A stretch of DNA of 64,000 bases, taken from a virus (taxonomy: Duplodnaviria; Caudoviricetes). The notes below the pieces were generated by a model. That model was not told the DNA's origin. It searched no databases and saw only the letters and a list, made by a program, of their open reading frames with translations. Shown piece by piece: positions 44,764 through 54,505 of this stretch. Location: the IMG/VR virus record IMGVR_UViG_3300033073_001149, positions 7,247-71,246 of that record; one strand, written 5' to 3'. How positions within the stretch are numbered: position 1 is the stretch's first letter; every line of letters begins with the position of its first letter. A program made the position numbers and the translations under genes.

Positions 44764-45678
44764 TTAAATATTTTCATCTTCTACACACTCTGTAAATATT
44801 TCACAACTTTCACTTTCAAACATATCTAATTGGTAGTCATATAGGTCTGCATCGTTTTTAATAGTTCCATTCCAATTTTTAGAGTTTTCTATAATATCAA
44901 TAGCTGATTTATTACCTCTAAAAAATGTAATATTTTTAGGTATCTCTTTGCTGTCTTTTTGTAGTTTTTCTAATCTTGTTTGTGGAATGTAGTTGCCAAA
45001 TTTTTTTTCCATTTTCATCATAAAGTCAAAAGCCTTTACATTCTCTTTAGCTATCTGATACAACTTATTATCTGACTTTTTCCAGCAGGTAGCACAGTTA
45101 CCTTGATAGCCTTTCAGTTCTAATCTAAATGGCATTGATTTCCAAAATAGGTTAACCATAGCCTTATTTGCGGGTAGCATACCTTTATATATCAATGGGT
45201 AAATAATTCCAAGCTCATCTGCTTTATCGTTCATTCTATCCCACTCATCTTTTCGTATTCCTATTGCTGTATGGTATTTTTCACCATTAAACCATTGTTG
45301 ACCAAATTTTTTAATTGGAACTGTTTTTAATTCTCTGCTACAATGTGGGGTTGCCCTGTTTGGTATTCCATATTTTGCTATTATCATTTCAAATGGCTCT
45401 CCCTCTCTGCTTGCATAATCAAAATCTGTTCTTTTGAAAATTGTACCGTAGTTTCTTAATAGTATTGGCTCTGCCTCAATCCATTGAACACCTAATTGAA
45501 AATGTTTATCGCACCTCTCTATAAATTCTAATGTTTCTTCATTCTCTAATCCCGTATTGGCAAATACAAATACTATATTCTCGTAACCATAATCTTCATA
45601 ATGATTATTTAACCATTGAGCCATAAACGCACTTGTTTCTCCACCTGAAAACGATACTAATAAATTATTAACTGCCAT
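44764..45678 (-). CDS. PAPS-reductase-family (PP-loop) protein (304 aa)
   Basis: SFSGGETS, FANTG.E..ET..F, CSRELK, GIRKDE..R, NCATCWKK motifs. Confidence 0.8.
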   Translation of the reverse strand: MAVNNLLVSFSGGETSAFMAQWLNNHYEDYGYENIVFVFANTGLENEETLEFIERCDKHFQLGVQWIEAEPILLRNYGTIFKRTDFDYASREGEPFEMIIAKYGIPNRATPHCSRELKTVPIKKFGQQWFNGEKYHTAIGIRKDEWDRMNDKADELGIIYPLIYKGMLPANKAMVNLFWKSMPFRLELKGYQGNCATCWKKSDNKLYQIAKENVKAFDFMMKMEKKFGNYIPQTRLEKLQKDSKEIPKNITFFRGNKSAIDIIENSKNWNGTIKNDADLYDYQLDMFESESCEIFTECVEDENI

Positions 45679-45721
45679 CTTCTTCTTATTAATTGGTTTG
45701 GTTAAATATTGTTAATAATGT

Positions 45722-45865
45722 TCATTTCTTCTCGGTTTTAAGTTTGTTTAATTTCTCGGTTATTGCCTCGCTAATAAAGTGTTGTAGCTTTATTCCGTTA
45801 TTATCGCAATAGGTTTTTGCGGGCAAATAGCACTCTTTCTCTTTTATCTTTACTGTTTTGTACAT
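45722..45865 (-). CDS. Ribbon-helix-helix-like regulator (47 aa)
   Basis: MYKTVKIKEKECYLPAKTYCDNNGIKLQHFISEAITEKL, Arc/CopG-like pattern. Confidence 0.55.
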   Translation of the reverse strand: MYKTVKIKEKECYLPAKTYCDNNGIKLQHFISEAITEKLNKLKTEKK

Positions 45866-45954
45866 AATGTTTTGTTTCTATGGCACTAAAGTAGAACTTA
45901 TTTGCATTACCTCCAACATATCCCCCTAAATTATTTCACAACTCGCTGATTGTC

Positions 45955-46248
45955 TTAGGGTTTAAATTTCTGTATTTCAATAATTATCAGAAGCAATCTG
46001 TTTTCCATTTTGGCTAATCCTCTGTTTGCTATCAAAATTTCTCTGATGTCCCGCTCATGTCGCTGAATGAATTTAGCCCACGCCAAGTCTGTTTTGTATA
46101 AAGCCTTGCAATAATCAAAGTCCTTAGCTATGCGCTCGTGTTTTGTCAGGCAACTAAATGTCGTCTTTCCAATATTCGCTGCCAACAACTTGCCTCTCGC
46201 ATTAATAAGCCCTTGTATAAATGATTTTATTTCTTTTGATAAGTCCAT
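45955..46248 (-). CDS. Hypothetical protein (97 aa)
   Basis: Helical ORF. Confidence 0.5.
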   Translation of the reverse strand: MDLSKEIKSFIQGLINARGKLLAANIGKTTFSCLTKHERIAKDFDYCKALYKTDLAWAKFIQRHERDIREILIANRGLAKMENRLLLIIIEIQKFKP

Positions 46249-46249
46249 A

Positions 46250-46915
46250 TTAAAACAGTTTTGGGTGGCTTTGTATGTGGTTTTCTACTCTTTGTTTGGC
46301 CGCGTTGTAGTAGTCGGCATCAAGTTCAAACCCTGTTAGGTTAAACCCGTACTCGTAACACGCAATCGCAATACTACCCGAACCTAAGTGGGTATCAAGT
46401 ATCTTATCACCCTCTTTGGCGTATTTATCAAGCAACCATTTATAAAGTGCTACTGGTTTTTGGGTGGGGTGAATTTTATCGGGTGCCGATGTTGATCCTT
46501 CAAGATTCCCGTAATACTTAAAATTAAAGCAGCTTGCTGGGTAAGTAAAAGAAGTCCACGCAAACTCCCCATCTGCAAAATTTGGCACAGGGTTTTGTTT
46601 GTACCAAAACACAAAGCACTTAGTTGGTGGCAAGTTAAAGTAATTGCCACCCCAAATAATTTGGTTTTTAGAGATCCTAAATAGCTGATTAAAATACTCT
46701 TCGGTTGGTATTTTAGAATCCCACGATTTTTTACCCTTTGATGTATGGCGGGTTTTAACCTTTTCACCCATACCGCCGCGCTCATAATCGCTAAATCCTA
46801 TACCATACGGCGGGTCAACAATAGCCAAGTCAAAAGCATTATCAGGCATTTCTTTCATTGCTTCTAAGCAATCTTGGTTGTAAATATTTATTCCGTAGTT
46901 TTCTAACATAATCAT
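46250..46915 (-). CDS. DNA N6-adenine/N4-cytosine methyltransferase, beta class (221 aa)
   Basis: DPPY before HPTQKP and LDTHLGSGS. Confidence 0.88.
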   Translation of the reverse strand: MIMLENYGINIYNQDCLEAMKEMPDNAFDLAIVDPPYGIGFSDYERGGMGEKVKTRHTSKGKKSWDSKIPTEEYFNQLFRISKNQIIWGGNYFNLPPTKCFVFWYKQNPVPNFADGEFAWTSFTYPASCFNFKYYGNLEGSTSAPDKIHPTQKPVALYKWLLDKYAKEGDKILDTHLGSGSIAIACYEYGFNLTGFELDADYYNAAKQRVENHIQSHPKLF

Positions 46916-47133
46916 ATTCTCGCTAAGTGTTTTTTAACCTGTTTGTGTTGTTCTAAATTTTTGGTGTCGTGTTCTATGTAAAAGTCTAACCAACAAAGGG
47001 CGAGTATCTTTGCATCGGAACTTGTCGGTTTACCTGTGCGTTGTAAGAAGAAAACAGCCTCTAAATAGAGTAGTGCTGCCTCTTGTTTCGGGGCATATCT
47101 AAAAAGGCGGCTCGCCTGTCGGGAATGGGTCAT
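46912..47133 (-). CDS. Hypothetical protein (up to 73 aa)
   Basis: Fills the gap between the helicase and methyltransferase genes; start uncertain. Confidence 0.35.
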   Translation of the reverse strand: MTHSRQASRLFRYAPKQEAALLYLEAVFFLQRTGKPTSSDAKILALCWLDFYIEHDTKNLEQHKQVKKHLARI

Positions 47134-49069
47134 CGAATTTTGTGTTTGGAGTTAATTGTGGTTTCGGGTACTCTGCTTGCCCCGCTATGTCGTTTCCATT
47201 TTCATCTACTTTCATTCCTGTCATTAAACAAGTTCCACCCTCATCTATAAACCTACAACCGTTTTTTAGGAATAGTTTTACAGGGCTATCGTCCTCACTT
47301 ACCTGTCCTCCTGTATCTGTATTTTTTACCTTTCGGGTGTATATAAGTGTTTGCTTTTTTAATGCGGGGTCTTTAATGTGGCGATGTACCGTTACAAAAC
47401 AATCTGCTCTATTCATATACATAGAACCATTTTCTGTGTCGTGCGCCTGTGGTGCGTCAACCAATCCGTCTGCCCTGCGTAAGCCCCTTGCTGCCCCTGT
47501 TTGCGGGTGAGCAATTAACCATATTCCACAACCTGTTCTGTTGCTAAAAGCCCTCATTGCACTAATACACTCATAGTGGTAAATGTAAGGGTCTTTACCT
47601 TTTGTTGATAAGCTATTGTATGGGTCAATTAAAAACCCCGATATGGGTCGTACCTTTAAAACCTCATCGCCAATTTTTAATAAGTCTGCTACGGTATAGG
47701 TTTTATCAATCCTAACAAACATATAATACTCCTTCACCCTCTCTTTGTAGAATACAGCCTCTTGCTCTGTCAAAGATTTTATTGGTTTTCCCGCCATAAA
47801 CTCTATCAATTTTGTTATGGTTTGCCCCGTTGGGTTCTCGCTTGTAAAAATCAACCATTTCCAATTGTGTCTTGCGCTGCTCACTGCGGTCATATACCAA
47901 ACCCAAAACGACTTCCCCAAATTTCCAAAACCATTGATAACGACAAGTTCAGATTTTTTAAATAAAAAGTATTCATCTAAATATGATGAACCTGTTGTTT
48001 TGCCCCTTTCTATTTTACCTAACCTCGCATTTTCAATATAGTCAGTATAATTGTCTACATTCTCTATATTTTCAAGTATTATATTATCGTCTTTTATTTC
48101 TGACTTATCCTCATACAGCCTTGGTATTGCAGGGGCTTGGCTATCCTCGGTATAGCCCATTTCTTTTAAACGCTCTGCCGTCTGCTTCCAATCTAAGTGC
48201 CTTTCTATCGTATGTAGTATGGCTGAGTTGTTATATCCTTTTTCGGGAATAAAGTCTGACGACGAGGTAAAAGCTACAAATATTCCGCTATCGGTATGAT
48301 AATATGCGCTATGCGCTGCTGTGGTATGTCCAGGTCTTAAAAACAGAATATCCTTGCCTCTTTGCCCTACCTCTTTCCAACCCGCAGCCTCTAAAAGATT
48401 AATACCCTCTTGTATGTCCTTATTAAATTGCTCAAAGATTGTACCCCCTACACTCACTTTTTGATGTTTAACCGAAGAAAGGTGCTGTGGGTTATAAGTG
48501 TTAAAAGAACGGCAAATGGTAAATATCAAATCCTTTTCTTCGGGACTTATGCTTGGTATGTTTAAAAAATCCCCTTGCAATAGTTTATAGTTAGGACTTG
48601 GGGCTATAAGTACCTGACCCCCGTTTTGCCTTGTTTCGGCAAGTACATAGCATTGGGCATTGGTGCTTATAAGTTCCTCACGGGTACTTGGTCTACGGGC
48701 TAACTTTTGATTACCCTCTGTGTTGGGGCAGCTAAATATAAAATGGTAGCCTCCCGATGGGGTGCGTTGCACGATAACACGCTTTAGTAGGGTGTTGTTC
48801 TCCTTTTTAATTACAGCGCATAATTCAGCAAAAAAAGTGCCTGTTAAATCATATTTAGTATCAATATCAACACATATTATTTGTTTTTCTCCCCCACACT
48901 GCAAGCCAACCCCTATATTTTCACCGTCAAAGTTTTTAAGGAAATCGGGTTTTTGACAATCCTCCTTTGTTAGATTTTGCCACCCCACAATAAGCGGACG
49001 CTTGGCTTTGTCAACGGGCAATATTACAAGCCCTGCGTCTATATATGATTTTAGTATAGCCTTATCCAT
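47099..49069 (-). CDS. Bifunctional Prim-Pol primase / SF4 (DnaB, Twinkle-like) helicase
   Basis: N-terminal VDIDTK, TPSGGYH, ETRQNGGQVLIAPS; Walker A GFGNLGKS; Walker B FLIDPYN; likely start MDKAIL at 49069. Confidence 0.85.
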   Translation of the reverse strand: MDKAILKSYIDAGLVILPVDKAKRPLIVGWQNLTKEDCQKPDFLKNFDGENIGVGLQCGGEKQIICVDIDTKYDLTGTFFAELCAVIKKENNTLLKRVIVQRTPSGGYHFIFSCPNTEGNQKLARRPSTREELISTNAQCYVLAETRQNGGQVLIAPSPNYKLLQGDFLNIPSISPEEKDLIFTICRSFNTYNPQHLSSVKHQKVSVGGTIFEQFNKDIQEGINLLEAAGWKEVGQRGKDILFLRPGHTTAAHSAYYHTDSGIFVAFTSSSDFIPEKGYNNSAILHTIERHLDWKQTAERLKEMGYTEDSQAPAIPRLYEDKSEIKDDNIILENIENVDNYTDYIENARLGKIERGKTTGSSYLDEYFLFKKSELVVINGFGNLGKSFWVWYMTAVSSARHNWKWLIFTSENPTGQTITKLIEFMAGKPIKSLTEQEAVFYKERVKEYYMFVRIDKTYTVADLLKIGDEVLKVRPISGFLIDPYNSLSTKGKDPYIYHYECISAMRAFSNRTGCGIWLIAHPQTGAARGLRRADGLVDAPQAHDTENGSMYMNRADCFVTVHRHIKDPALKKQTLIYTRKVKNTDTGGQVSEDDSPVKLFLKNGCRFIDEGGTCLMTGMKVDENGNDIAGQAEYPKPQLTPNTKFDDPFPTGEPPF

Positions 49070-49946
49070 TGTGTATAAATTTGCCGTCAATTAGTACCAC
49101 TCCCTCTTTCTCCAACATATTAACCAATATAGCCGTATGCTTGTCATTGTTCTTAGCTACTCGTTTAGCCCAATTATGCGTTTCACCAATCGCTGCACTT
49201 TTTAGTGTTGTTATGTCATTAAATATCTCAGGCAGTATTGTTGACTTAACATCTTGTGGTAGATTTATTTTGCCGTTCTCGTAGGCAATCTTACACCAAT
49301 TCCTTGCCGCTATTACCCAATTTGCGTAACGAGCGGTTGCATCGCTTTCTGTATAGGTTTTTGCTCTATCATAAAACCTACTAATAATATTCTCAGGCAC
49401 TAATACTAATTTGTCATTTACTTTTATTTCACCCAATCTGTTCCACTCCTTAAAAAAACTATCCCATAAAAAAAAAGGAGAGGCTTTAAACCTGTGGTTC
49501 TTTTCAGATACGTTAGTATCTATTTCTTTATTATTAATAGGTTCTATATTCTTAGGTTTATTTACATCTACGTTGCTCTCAACATTGCTTACTCGTTGCT
49601 TACTCGTTGCCCTGCGCAATGCTTGGTCGCTGCCATCAACAATTTGTATGGGGCAGATTTTAATAATATTAGCTTTGTGTTGATTAATTGATTGGTGAAC
49701 TATCTCTATAAATCCCCACTCTTTAAGGTCTGATAAACAGCCTGTAAAAACATCAGAGCGACTTATACTCATAGCTGTCCTTGCTTCGGACGATGGCAAC
49801 CCAAATTCTTTTGGCTGTCCTAACCTATTCCATAACTCTACACACCAAAAAAACAGAGCTGTGTGCGTTGGTTTGACCCTGCTATTGTTTTCCCAAGCAA
49901 ACTCAAACCAAGCCTTAGAAAGATTATATCCGTTAATTTCAGCCAT
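49062..49946 (-). CDS. Replication initiator-like protein
   Basis: N-terminal winged-HTH pattern (HTALFFW...NRLG...L...GFI), typical of phage replisome organisers; upstream of the primase-helicase. Confidence 0.65.
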   Translation of the reverse strand: MAEINGYNLSKAWFEFAWENNSRVKPTHTALFFWCVELWNRLGQPKEFGLPSSEARTAMSISRSDVFTGCLSDLKEWGFIEIVHQSINQHKANIIKICPIQIVDGSDQALRRATSKQRVSNVESNVDVNKPKNIEPINNKEIDTNVSEKNHRFKASPFFLWDSFFKEWNRLGEIKVNDKLVLVPENIISRFYDRAKTYTESDATARYANWVIAARNWCKIAYENGKINLPQDVKSTILPEIFNDITTLKSAAIGETHNWAKRVAKNNDKHTAILVNMLEKEGVVLIDGKFIHNG

Positions 49947-50545
49947 TAGTACCACAAGTTATTTTCTGAATTGTCTTGTATTTCATCACGTAGTTGCATT
50001 ATTTCCTTTTCTTGCCCATCACACAACCACTTAAGGTTTACATTGGCAGCTTTGGTTGATAGTATTTTAAATCTTAGAAACTCTATAAATTTTTTTTGAA
50101 ACGCAAGCAGCAGTTCGGGGGTGTATTTTGCTGTTGCTCCTTCTAATATGGTATCATAGTATTCATCAGGGTCAAGTGGGTGATTAGTTATTCCCTTTCT
50201 TACCTGAGTAAATGTATCACCAAGATAGTAAATAACTCCATAAATAGGAGGTATATCATCAAGCAATATAAGGTTTGGTGGCATTACAAATGTTAACCGA
50301 TTTGTTAAAGCACCCAAAGAAAACAATTGATGTTTGGTCATTCCATATTTATTTTTCTTTTTAAAATCATTATGATAGTCAGCTACGGTTGTTTTGATTT
50401 CAAAATCAATAAACAATAGTTCTTTGGTTATACAAAAAACATCAGACCTAAATCCGTTTATAGGAAATTCTTTAGACACTAAACAATCGTGCTTGCCAAG
50501 AAAGGCAACAAGGTCGTCAGCAATTTTATCAGAATACTTAGCCAT
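49946..50545 (-). CDS. MmcB-family PD-(D/E)XK nuclease (199 aa)
   Basis: RSDVF...DFEIK...ADY..D.KK...NRL.FVMP..L....IP..YGVI. Confidence 0.7.
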   Translation of the reverse strand: MAKYSDKIADDLVAFLGKHDCLVSKEFPINGFRSDVFCITKELLFIDFEIKTTVADYHNDFKKKNKYGMTKHQLFSLGALTNRLTFVMPPNLILLDDIPPIYGVIYYLGDTFTQVRKGITNHPLDPDEYYDTILEGATAKYTPELLLAFQKKFIEFLRFKILSTKAANVNLKWLCDGQEKEIMQLRDEIQDNSENNLWY

Positions 50546-50549
50546 AACT

Positions 50550-50716
50550 ATAAAAAAATAATCCCCCTTAGTAAGTTAAAATACGGTTGGACTGCGACAC
50601 AACTCGCTCCGTAGATTAACCCCAAGAGGGTATGTTTTATAAATGATATGAACTGCATAATGTTGTGTCAAAGAATTTGTCCGCAGTAAATATACTAATT
50701 ATTTTTTACCTACCAA
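50550..50716 (-). promoter_or_regulatory. Promoter plus structured leader with loop-loop complementarity, upstream of the replication operon
   Basis: TTG...TATATTTA box; stem ACTGC/GCAGT holding GACACAAC; stem TACGG/CCGTA holding GTTGTGTC. Confidence 0.55.
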
Positions 50717-50721
50717 ACATA

Positions 50722-50976
50722 TTAGGTAATTTTTACTTTCTTTTTTCCAACCCTACAAATCTGCTCTAAACTTATAAACATAAGACAGGGAGAGCCGTTG
50801 TAGAAAATATCACCTCCACGTTCTCTGATTTGTTTGGGTAGTGTTATTCCGAGGATATTCGCCATAACGTTAACAGAGTATTTTGTTTTTCCGAGGTCTG
50901 CTGCGTATTGGTTAGCTGTTCGGTCAGCCTTTTTTAGTTCGTTGCGGTCATATTCAGACCAATTTGCTGTTATCAT
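50722..50976 (-). CDS. Hypothetical protein (84 aa)
   Basis: ORF after the exonuclease gene. Confidence 0.5.
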   Translation of the reverse strand: MITANWSEYDRNELKKADRTANQYAADLGKTKYSVNVMANILGITLPKQIRERGGDIFYNGSPCLMFISLEQICRVGKKKVKIT

Positions 50977-50978
50977 AG

Positions 50979-51764
50979 TTATAGGGTTTGTAAATAAGTT
51001 CTCGCACTAATTACCTTTTCTTTTAGTAGTGCAATTTTGGTGTCGTCCCGTTCTGTTTTGAACACCATTACTCGGTCTTGTTCGGGAATATCAAAAGTCC
51101 ACTCCTTGCAGTCAAGGTCGTAGTATGGGTTATCTTTTTTGAACTGCCTGTAATCAAAAATCATATTCTTTTCAATCTCAATCCATTTTTCAAGGCAAAG
51201 TTCCCATAGTGGGCTACTTTCGTCGGGTTCACCAAGTGTGCGCCAAACACTGTTTTTCTCGTATATTATGTTTCTTACAGGGCTATTTAGCAACGTATAT
51301 ACAGTAGAACAGCTATCTGCGTCGTAAAGGTCGCAGTAAACCAAGTTTTGCCACTCATAATCAGGGTTTAGTGTTTCCCCCTTATAAGGGTACGACCACA
51401 AGTCCCAAGAGCATTTTATATCAAAGATTTTCTTTTGTCCGTCAATAACATAAACTGCGGTGTCAGCTTCGCCTGTAAAATATTCACTATTAACCCGTAT
51501 ATCGTTTTTCTTGATATGCACTCCTTGTACCAACGATAGTAGTTTTAACCCGTCAAGTTCCAACTCTTTGCCTTTATTTATAAACTTGTTGGTGTATTCC
51601 TTTTGGCGGTTATATGTAGCCGACCTGTGGGTTTCTCTTAGATACGATAAAGCTGTTGCCCCTAATCCATTAATAGCCTCGCTTGCTACTTTGGGTTTTG
51701 TTACCAATACCTTGCTTTTTGAGGCTCTGCAAAGCCATTTGCTCCAATCAATTAAGTTCTCCAT
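50979..51764 (-). CDS. YqaJ/lambda-exonuclease-family nuclease (261 aa)
   Basis: RAS, KG.ELE, TGEAD...DIKCSW, YEWQ..Y motifs; adjacent to the annealing protein. Confidence 0.8.
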   Translation of the reverse strand: MENLIDWSKWLCRASKSKVLVTKPKVASEAINGLGATALSYLRETHRSATYNRQKEYTNKFINKGKELELDGLKLLSLVQGVHIKKNDIRVNSEYFTGEADTAVYVIDGQKKIFDIKCSWDLWSYPYKGETLNPDYEWQNLVYCDLYDADSCSTVYTLLNSPVRNIIYEKNSVWRTLGEPDESSPLWELCLEKWIEIEKNMIFDYRQFKKDNPYYDLDCKEWTFDIPEQDRVMVFKTERDDTKIALLKEKVISARTYLQTL

Positions 51765-52464
51765 ATTTGCTGTTGTAAGCGTCCATTAAATCGTAACCCA
51801 TAGCGTCTTTTTTGTAGCCCTCAAGTTGCTCTTTTGAAGTAGCCCGTTCAATTAATTCCAAAACGGTTTCCTTTTGCTTGTCTAATACAGCGTCCTTTAA
51901 TACAACATCAGAAAAGTTCTGCAAGGTGTCCCTTCGGTTTAAATTAGCCCCAAAGAGATTTCCAAACATATCTGTTGCGTCTTTGATAGCTAATGTTTTT
52001 GCTAAAGGAAAAGCCATAGATACAGCCCCGTTATTTATGTTAGCTAAGTCGGCTGCACTTTTACCCGAAGCGGTTTGTAGTTGGCTTGCTCCTATGCCGT
52101 CGTGAAAAGACCATTCGCCCGTTGCGGGATTAAGATAATGTACCCTAACCGAAACCCAAACGCCATTAAAGGCTGTTCCCTGTCCTGTTATTTCAATTTT
52201 GTAGGCTTTAAAAATTCGCCTTAACAGATACTCTACCTTATCAATTGGTAAGTATTTGTACGGAACTTTAATCTTGTTGCCCCTGTCGTCTTTTACCTCA
52301 ACCTTAATATAAGGGTGTTCAGCTATCCATTCTTTTTGTGGCTGATTGCTTAGTATAGCATTAAGGCTATCGTTTGCAAATGCCTCGTCCAACTTGTCGC
52401 TACCCTGTAATAATTCTACTATTGTGGGTGGCTTATATGGAGTTACTTCGGTGTTTGTTTCCAT
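51748..52464 (-). CDS. ssDNA-annealing recombinase (Rad52/Sak-like), 238 aa
   Basis: YKYLPIDKVEYLL..IF, DGIGA, A..LAIKDA....G.LFG..LNR. Confidence 0.65.
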   Translation of the reverse strand: METNTEVTPYKPPTIVELLQGSDKLDEAFANDSLNAILSNQPQKEWIAEHPYIKVEVKDDRGNKIKVPYKYLPIDKVEYLLRRIFKAYKIEITGQGTAFNGVWVSVRVHYLNPATGEWSFHDGIGASQLQTASGKSAADLANINNGAVSMAFPLAKTLAIKDATDMFGNLFGANLNRRDTLQNFSDVVLKDAVLDKQKETVLELIERATSKEQLEGYKKDAMGYDLMDAYNSKYGELN

Positions 52465-52480
52465 TGTATGTGTTTATAGA

Positions 52481-52756
52481 TTAAATAAATTGCCAGTTTT
52501 CAAATTCACTATGCATTGTTTTAAGGTCAGCACCCGCAGGAATAAACTGTGTTCCGTCCTCAAAATCAATAATCAAAACTTTTGGTCTATTTTCTTTAGC
52601 AGGTATTTCAAATAACTTATTTTTAAAACCACACGTATTTAGGTATGCTGATAATGGGTCAGTAATTAACCAACCACTACCATTTAAAGGAATGCCTAGT
52701 CCATTTGCAAACTCTTTTGATATTTGCAGTATTTCTGATTTTGTTTTATCTGTCAT
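52481..52756 (-). CDS. Hypothetical protein (91 aa)
   Basis: ORF in the minus-strand run. Confidence 0.5.
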   Translation of the reverse strand: MTDKTKSEILQISKEFANGLGIPLNGSGWLITDPLSAYLNTCGFKNKLFEIPAKENRPKVLIIDFEDGTQFIPAGADLKTMHSEFENWQFI

Positions 52757-52766
52757 TGTCTTTATT

Positions 52767-53192
52767 TTAAGTGTTGTTGTTATTAGTGGTTGGTATATTC
52801 TCCTTTATGTATAGGGCTTTTAGGTTTTTTAAGCGTTCTAATAGTTGCTTTTTATCAGTTCCGTATGTTTCTTTTAGTTCGGCTTGGGCTACCTTATATC
52901 GGTTGATTATCCACGTTAAAAACACCCTCTTATCTTCATTCTGAATAGGTAAGGCTTTTTGTTCGTCAATCTTAGTATGCGCCGCAAGCCACCCCTTTAC
53001 ATACTGTTTTATCGTTCCATTAACTATGCCTCTCTCTTGGGTGTTGTGGTTAGAGAACTTCTTACGCTTTGGGAAATAGTCAACAGTCAAAACACCTTTC
53101 TTTATCCTATAAGAGCCTACATTAAATTCCTCTACGTTATACTTTTTACGCAGGTCTTTCAACTCATATCTTTTAAATCCATCAAGGCTCAT
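52767..53192 (-). CDS. Hypothetical protein (141 aa)
   Basis: ORF in the minus-strand run. Confidence 0.5.
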   Translation of the reverse strand: MSLDGFKRYELKDLRKKYNVEEFNVGSYRIKKGVLTVDYFPKRKKFSNHNTQERGIVNGTIKQYVKGWLAAHTKIDEQKALPIQNEDKRVFLTWIINRYKVAQAELKETYGTDKKQLLERLKNLKALYIKENIPTTNNNNT

Positions 53193-53212
53193 TATTAGTG
53201 GTTATAGAGGGG

Positions 53213-53572
53213 TTAATGAAAATCAACTATTTCGTTTTTTTCACTTGCTTCTAAGCAGCCGTCCCTAAACTGAATTATTTGCTTTTTTAAATTATGGCTA
53301 TGGGGTATGGTTTCATCAAAATTTTCAAGTACTCCATTTAGACCTATTACAATACTTTTACTTTCGTCAACCGATAACTCACCATCGCAATCTGAATGTG
53401 CCAATAAAGGCATTAAAGGGTGGTCTATCTTTTCTTCATCAAGCGTTCCGCCCTCGCCATATCCTATATAATCACTAAGATTTAACCCTATTTGTGCTGC
53501 TACCTGTTTACGAAAAGTCATAAAGCTGCTGTATGGCCCATGCCAACAATTGTGTGAAGTGTCTAATCCCAT
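53213..53572 (-). CDS. Hypothetical phage protein (119 aa)
   Basis: MGLD...YSSFM.FR and L.HSDCDGEL motifs. Confidence 0.6.
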   Translation of the reverse strand: MGLDTSHNCWHGPYSSFMTFRKQVAAQIGLNLSDYIGYGEGGTLDEEKIDHPLMPLLAHSDCDGELSVDESKSIVIGLNGVLENFDETIPHSHNLKKQIIQFRDGCLEASEKNEIVDFH

Positions 53573-53578
53573 TGTTTT

Positions 53579-53704
53579 TTAGTTTAATCCGCTATGCGGT
53601 GTTATTTTAATTGGTTTCTTTACTTTTTTAGGCTTAGTACCTCTTTGGTAGCTTTCCTTTGTTTCTATGTCGCCCGTTATGGGGTTGCGTTTAATTCGGC
53701 TCAT
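53579..53704 (-). CDS. 41-aa basic protein
   Basis: ATGA-coupled; MSRIKRNPITGDIETKESYQRGTKPKKVKK... Confidence 0.4.
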   Translation of the reverse strand: MSRIKRNPITGDIETKESYQRGTKPKKVKKPIKITPHSGLN

Positions 53705-54102
53705 TTAGCGTTATACTCGGTTTTTATTTTATCGTACAAATTACGATATTCTGCGTTTTTGTATTTATTTGTTTTTATCATATTGTCAATAGCCGCTATT
53801 GAATGTAGCACAGTAGCGTGGTCTCGTTTTAAACAATCACCAATAGCCGCTAAGGTTAAGGTTGGTTGATTTGTTTCTCTTTGATATTCTGTATAGTAAT
53901 ACATAACCCACTGCCTTGCTTCAACTAAATGCCTTTTTCGGCTACTACTAATTAACGCCGTGTGGCTGATAGACTTATTTTCGCAAATAAACCTAATAAA
54001 AGTATTAATATCTTTTAAGTCTTTTGCTAATCCTATTGGCACTCTTAGCACCATAGATTGCTGAACAAACTTAGGTAGTCCTAAATACATCTCTGCTTTC
54101 AT
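53701..54102 (-). CDS. Protein with a DnaA C-terminal (domain IV) HTH (133 aa)
   Basis: S.SRKR.LVEARQ..MY...TL.AIG..L.RDHATVLHS. Confidence 0.8.
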   Translation of the reverse strand: MKAEMYLGLPKFVQQSMVLRVPIGLAKDLKDINTFIRFICENKSISHTALISSSRKRHLVEARQWVMYYYTEYQRETNQPTLTLAAIGDCLKRDHATVLHSIAAIDNMIKTNKYKNAEYRNLYDKIKTEYNAK

Positions 54103-54284
54103 TATTTTAATTCCTTTTTTAATTTGTCAACTTTTTTATCAAACTCAATAAACAAAGCCTTTCCGTCGTCAATACTAATACTTGTATCGGTAATCAACAA
54201 CTCGATAAACTTTAAGGCAACCTCCGTTTGGTCGCCATTCTTGCAGCCGTTGATTATCTTAATGGCTTTCTCTGCTGTTGTCAT
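54102..54284 (-). CDS. Hypothetical protein (60 aa)
   Basis: Coupled ORF. Confidence 0.45.
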   Translation of the reverse strand: MTTAEKAIKIINGCKNGDQTEVALKFIELLITDTSISIDDGKALFIEFDKKVDKLKKELK

Positions 54285-54505
54285 TATGCGTTGATTAAAG
54301 CATCAATGTCGATATCGGGGCGTTTATTTTTGATAATCGCCAAGGCGGCAACAATCACCTTTTCCTCTTGGGGCTGCATAGGGTTTAATGCTCTGCTTAC
54401 AACCGTTGTTGCTACATTAGCTTTTTTAGCTAACTGTATGTTGGTTATTCTAAGGTCGTCTAAATGCGCCTTTATTTCCCGTTTTGCTTTTTTAGATAAA
54501 TCCAT
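54284..54505 (-). CDS. Cro-like HTH regulator (73 aa)
   Basis: ITNIQLAKKANVATTVVSRAL; TTACTTTG box 4 nt before the ATG. Confidence 0.7.
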   Translation of the reverse strand: MDLSKKAKREIKAHLDDLRITNIQLAKKANVATTVVSRALNPMQPQEEKVIVAALAIIKNKRPDIDIDALINA

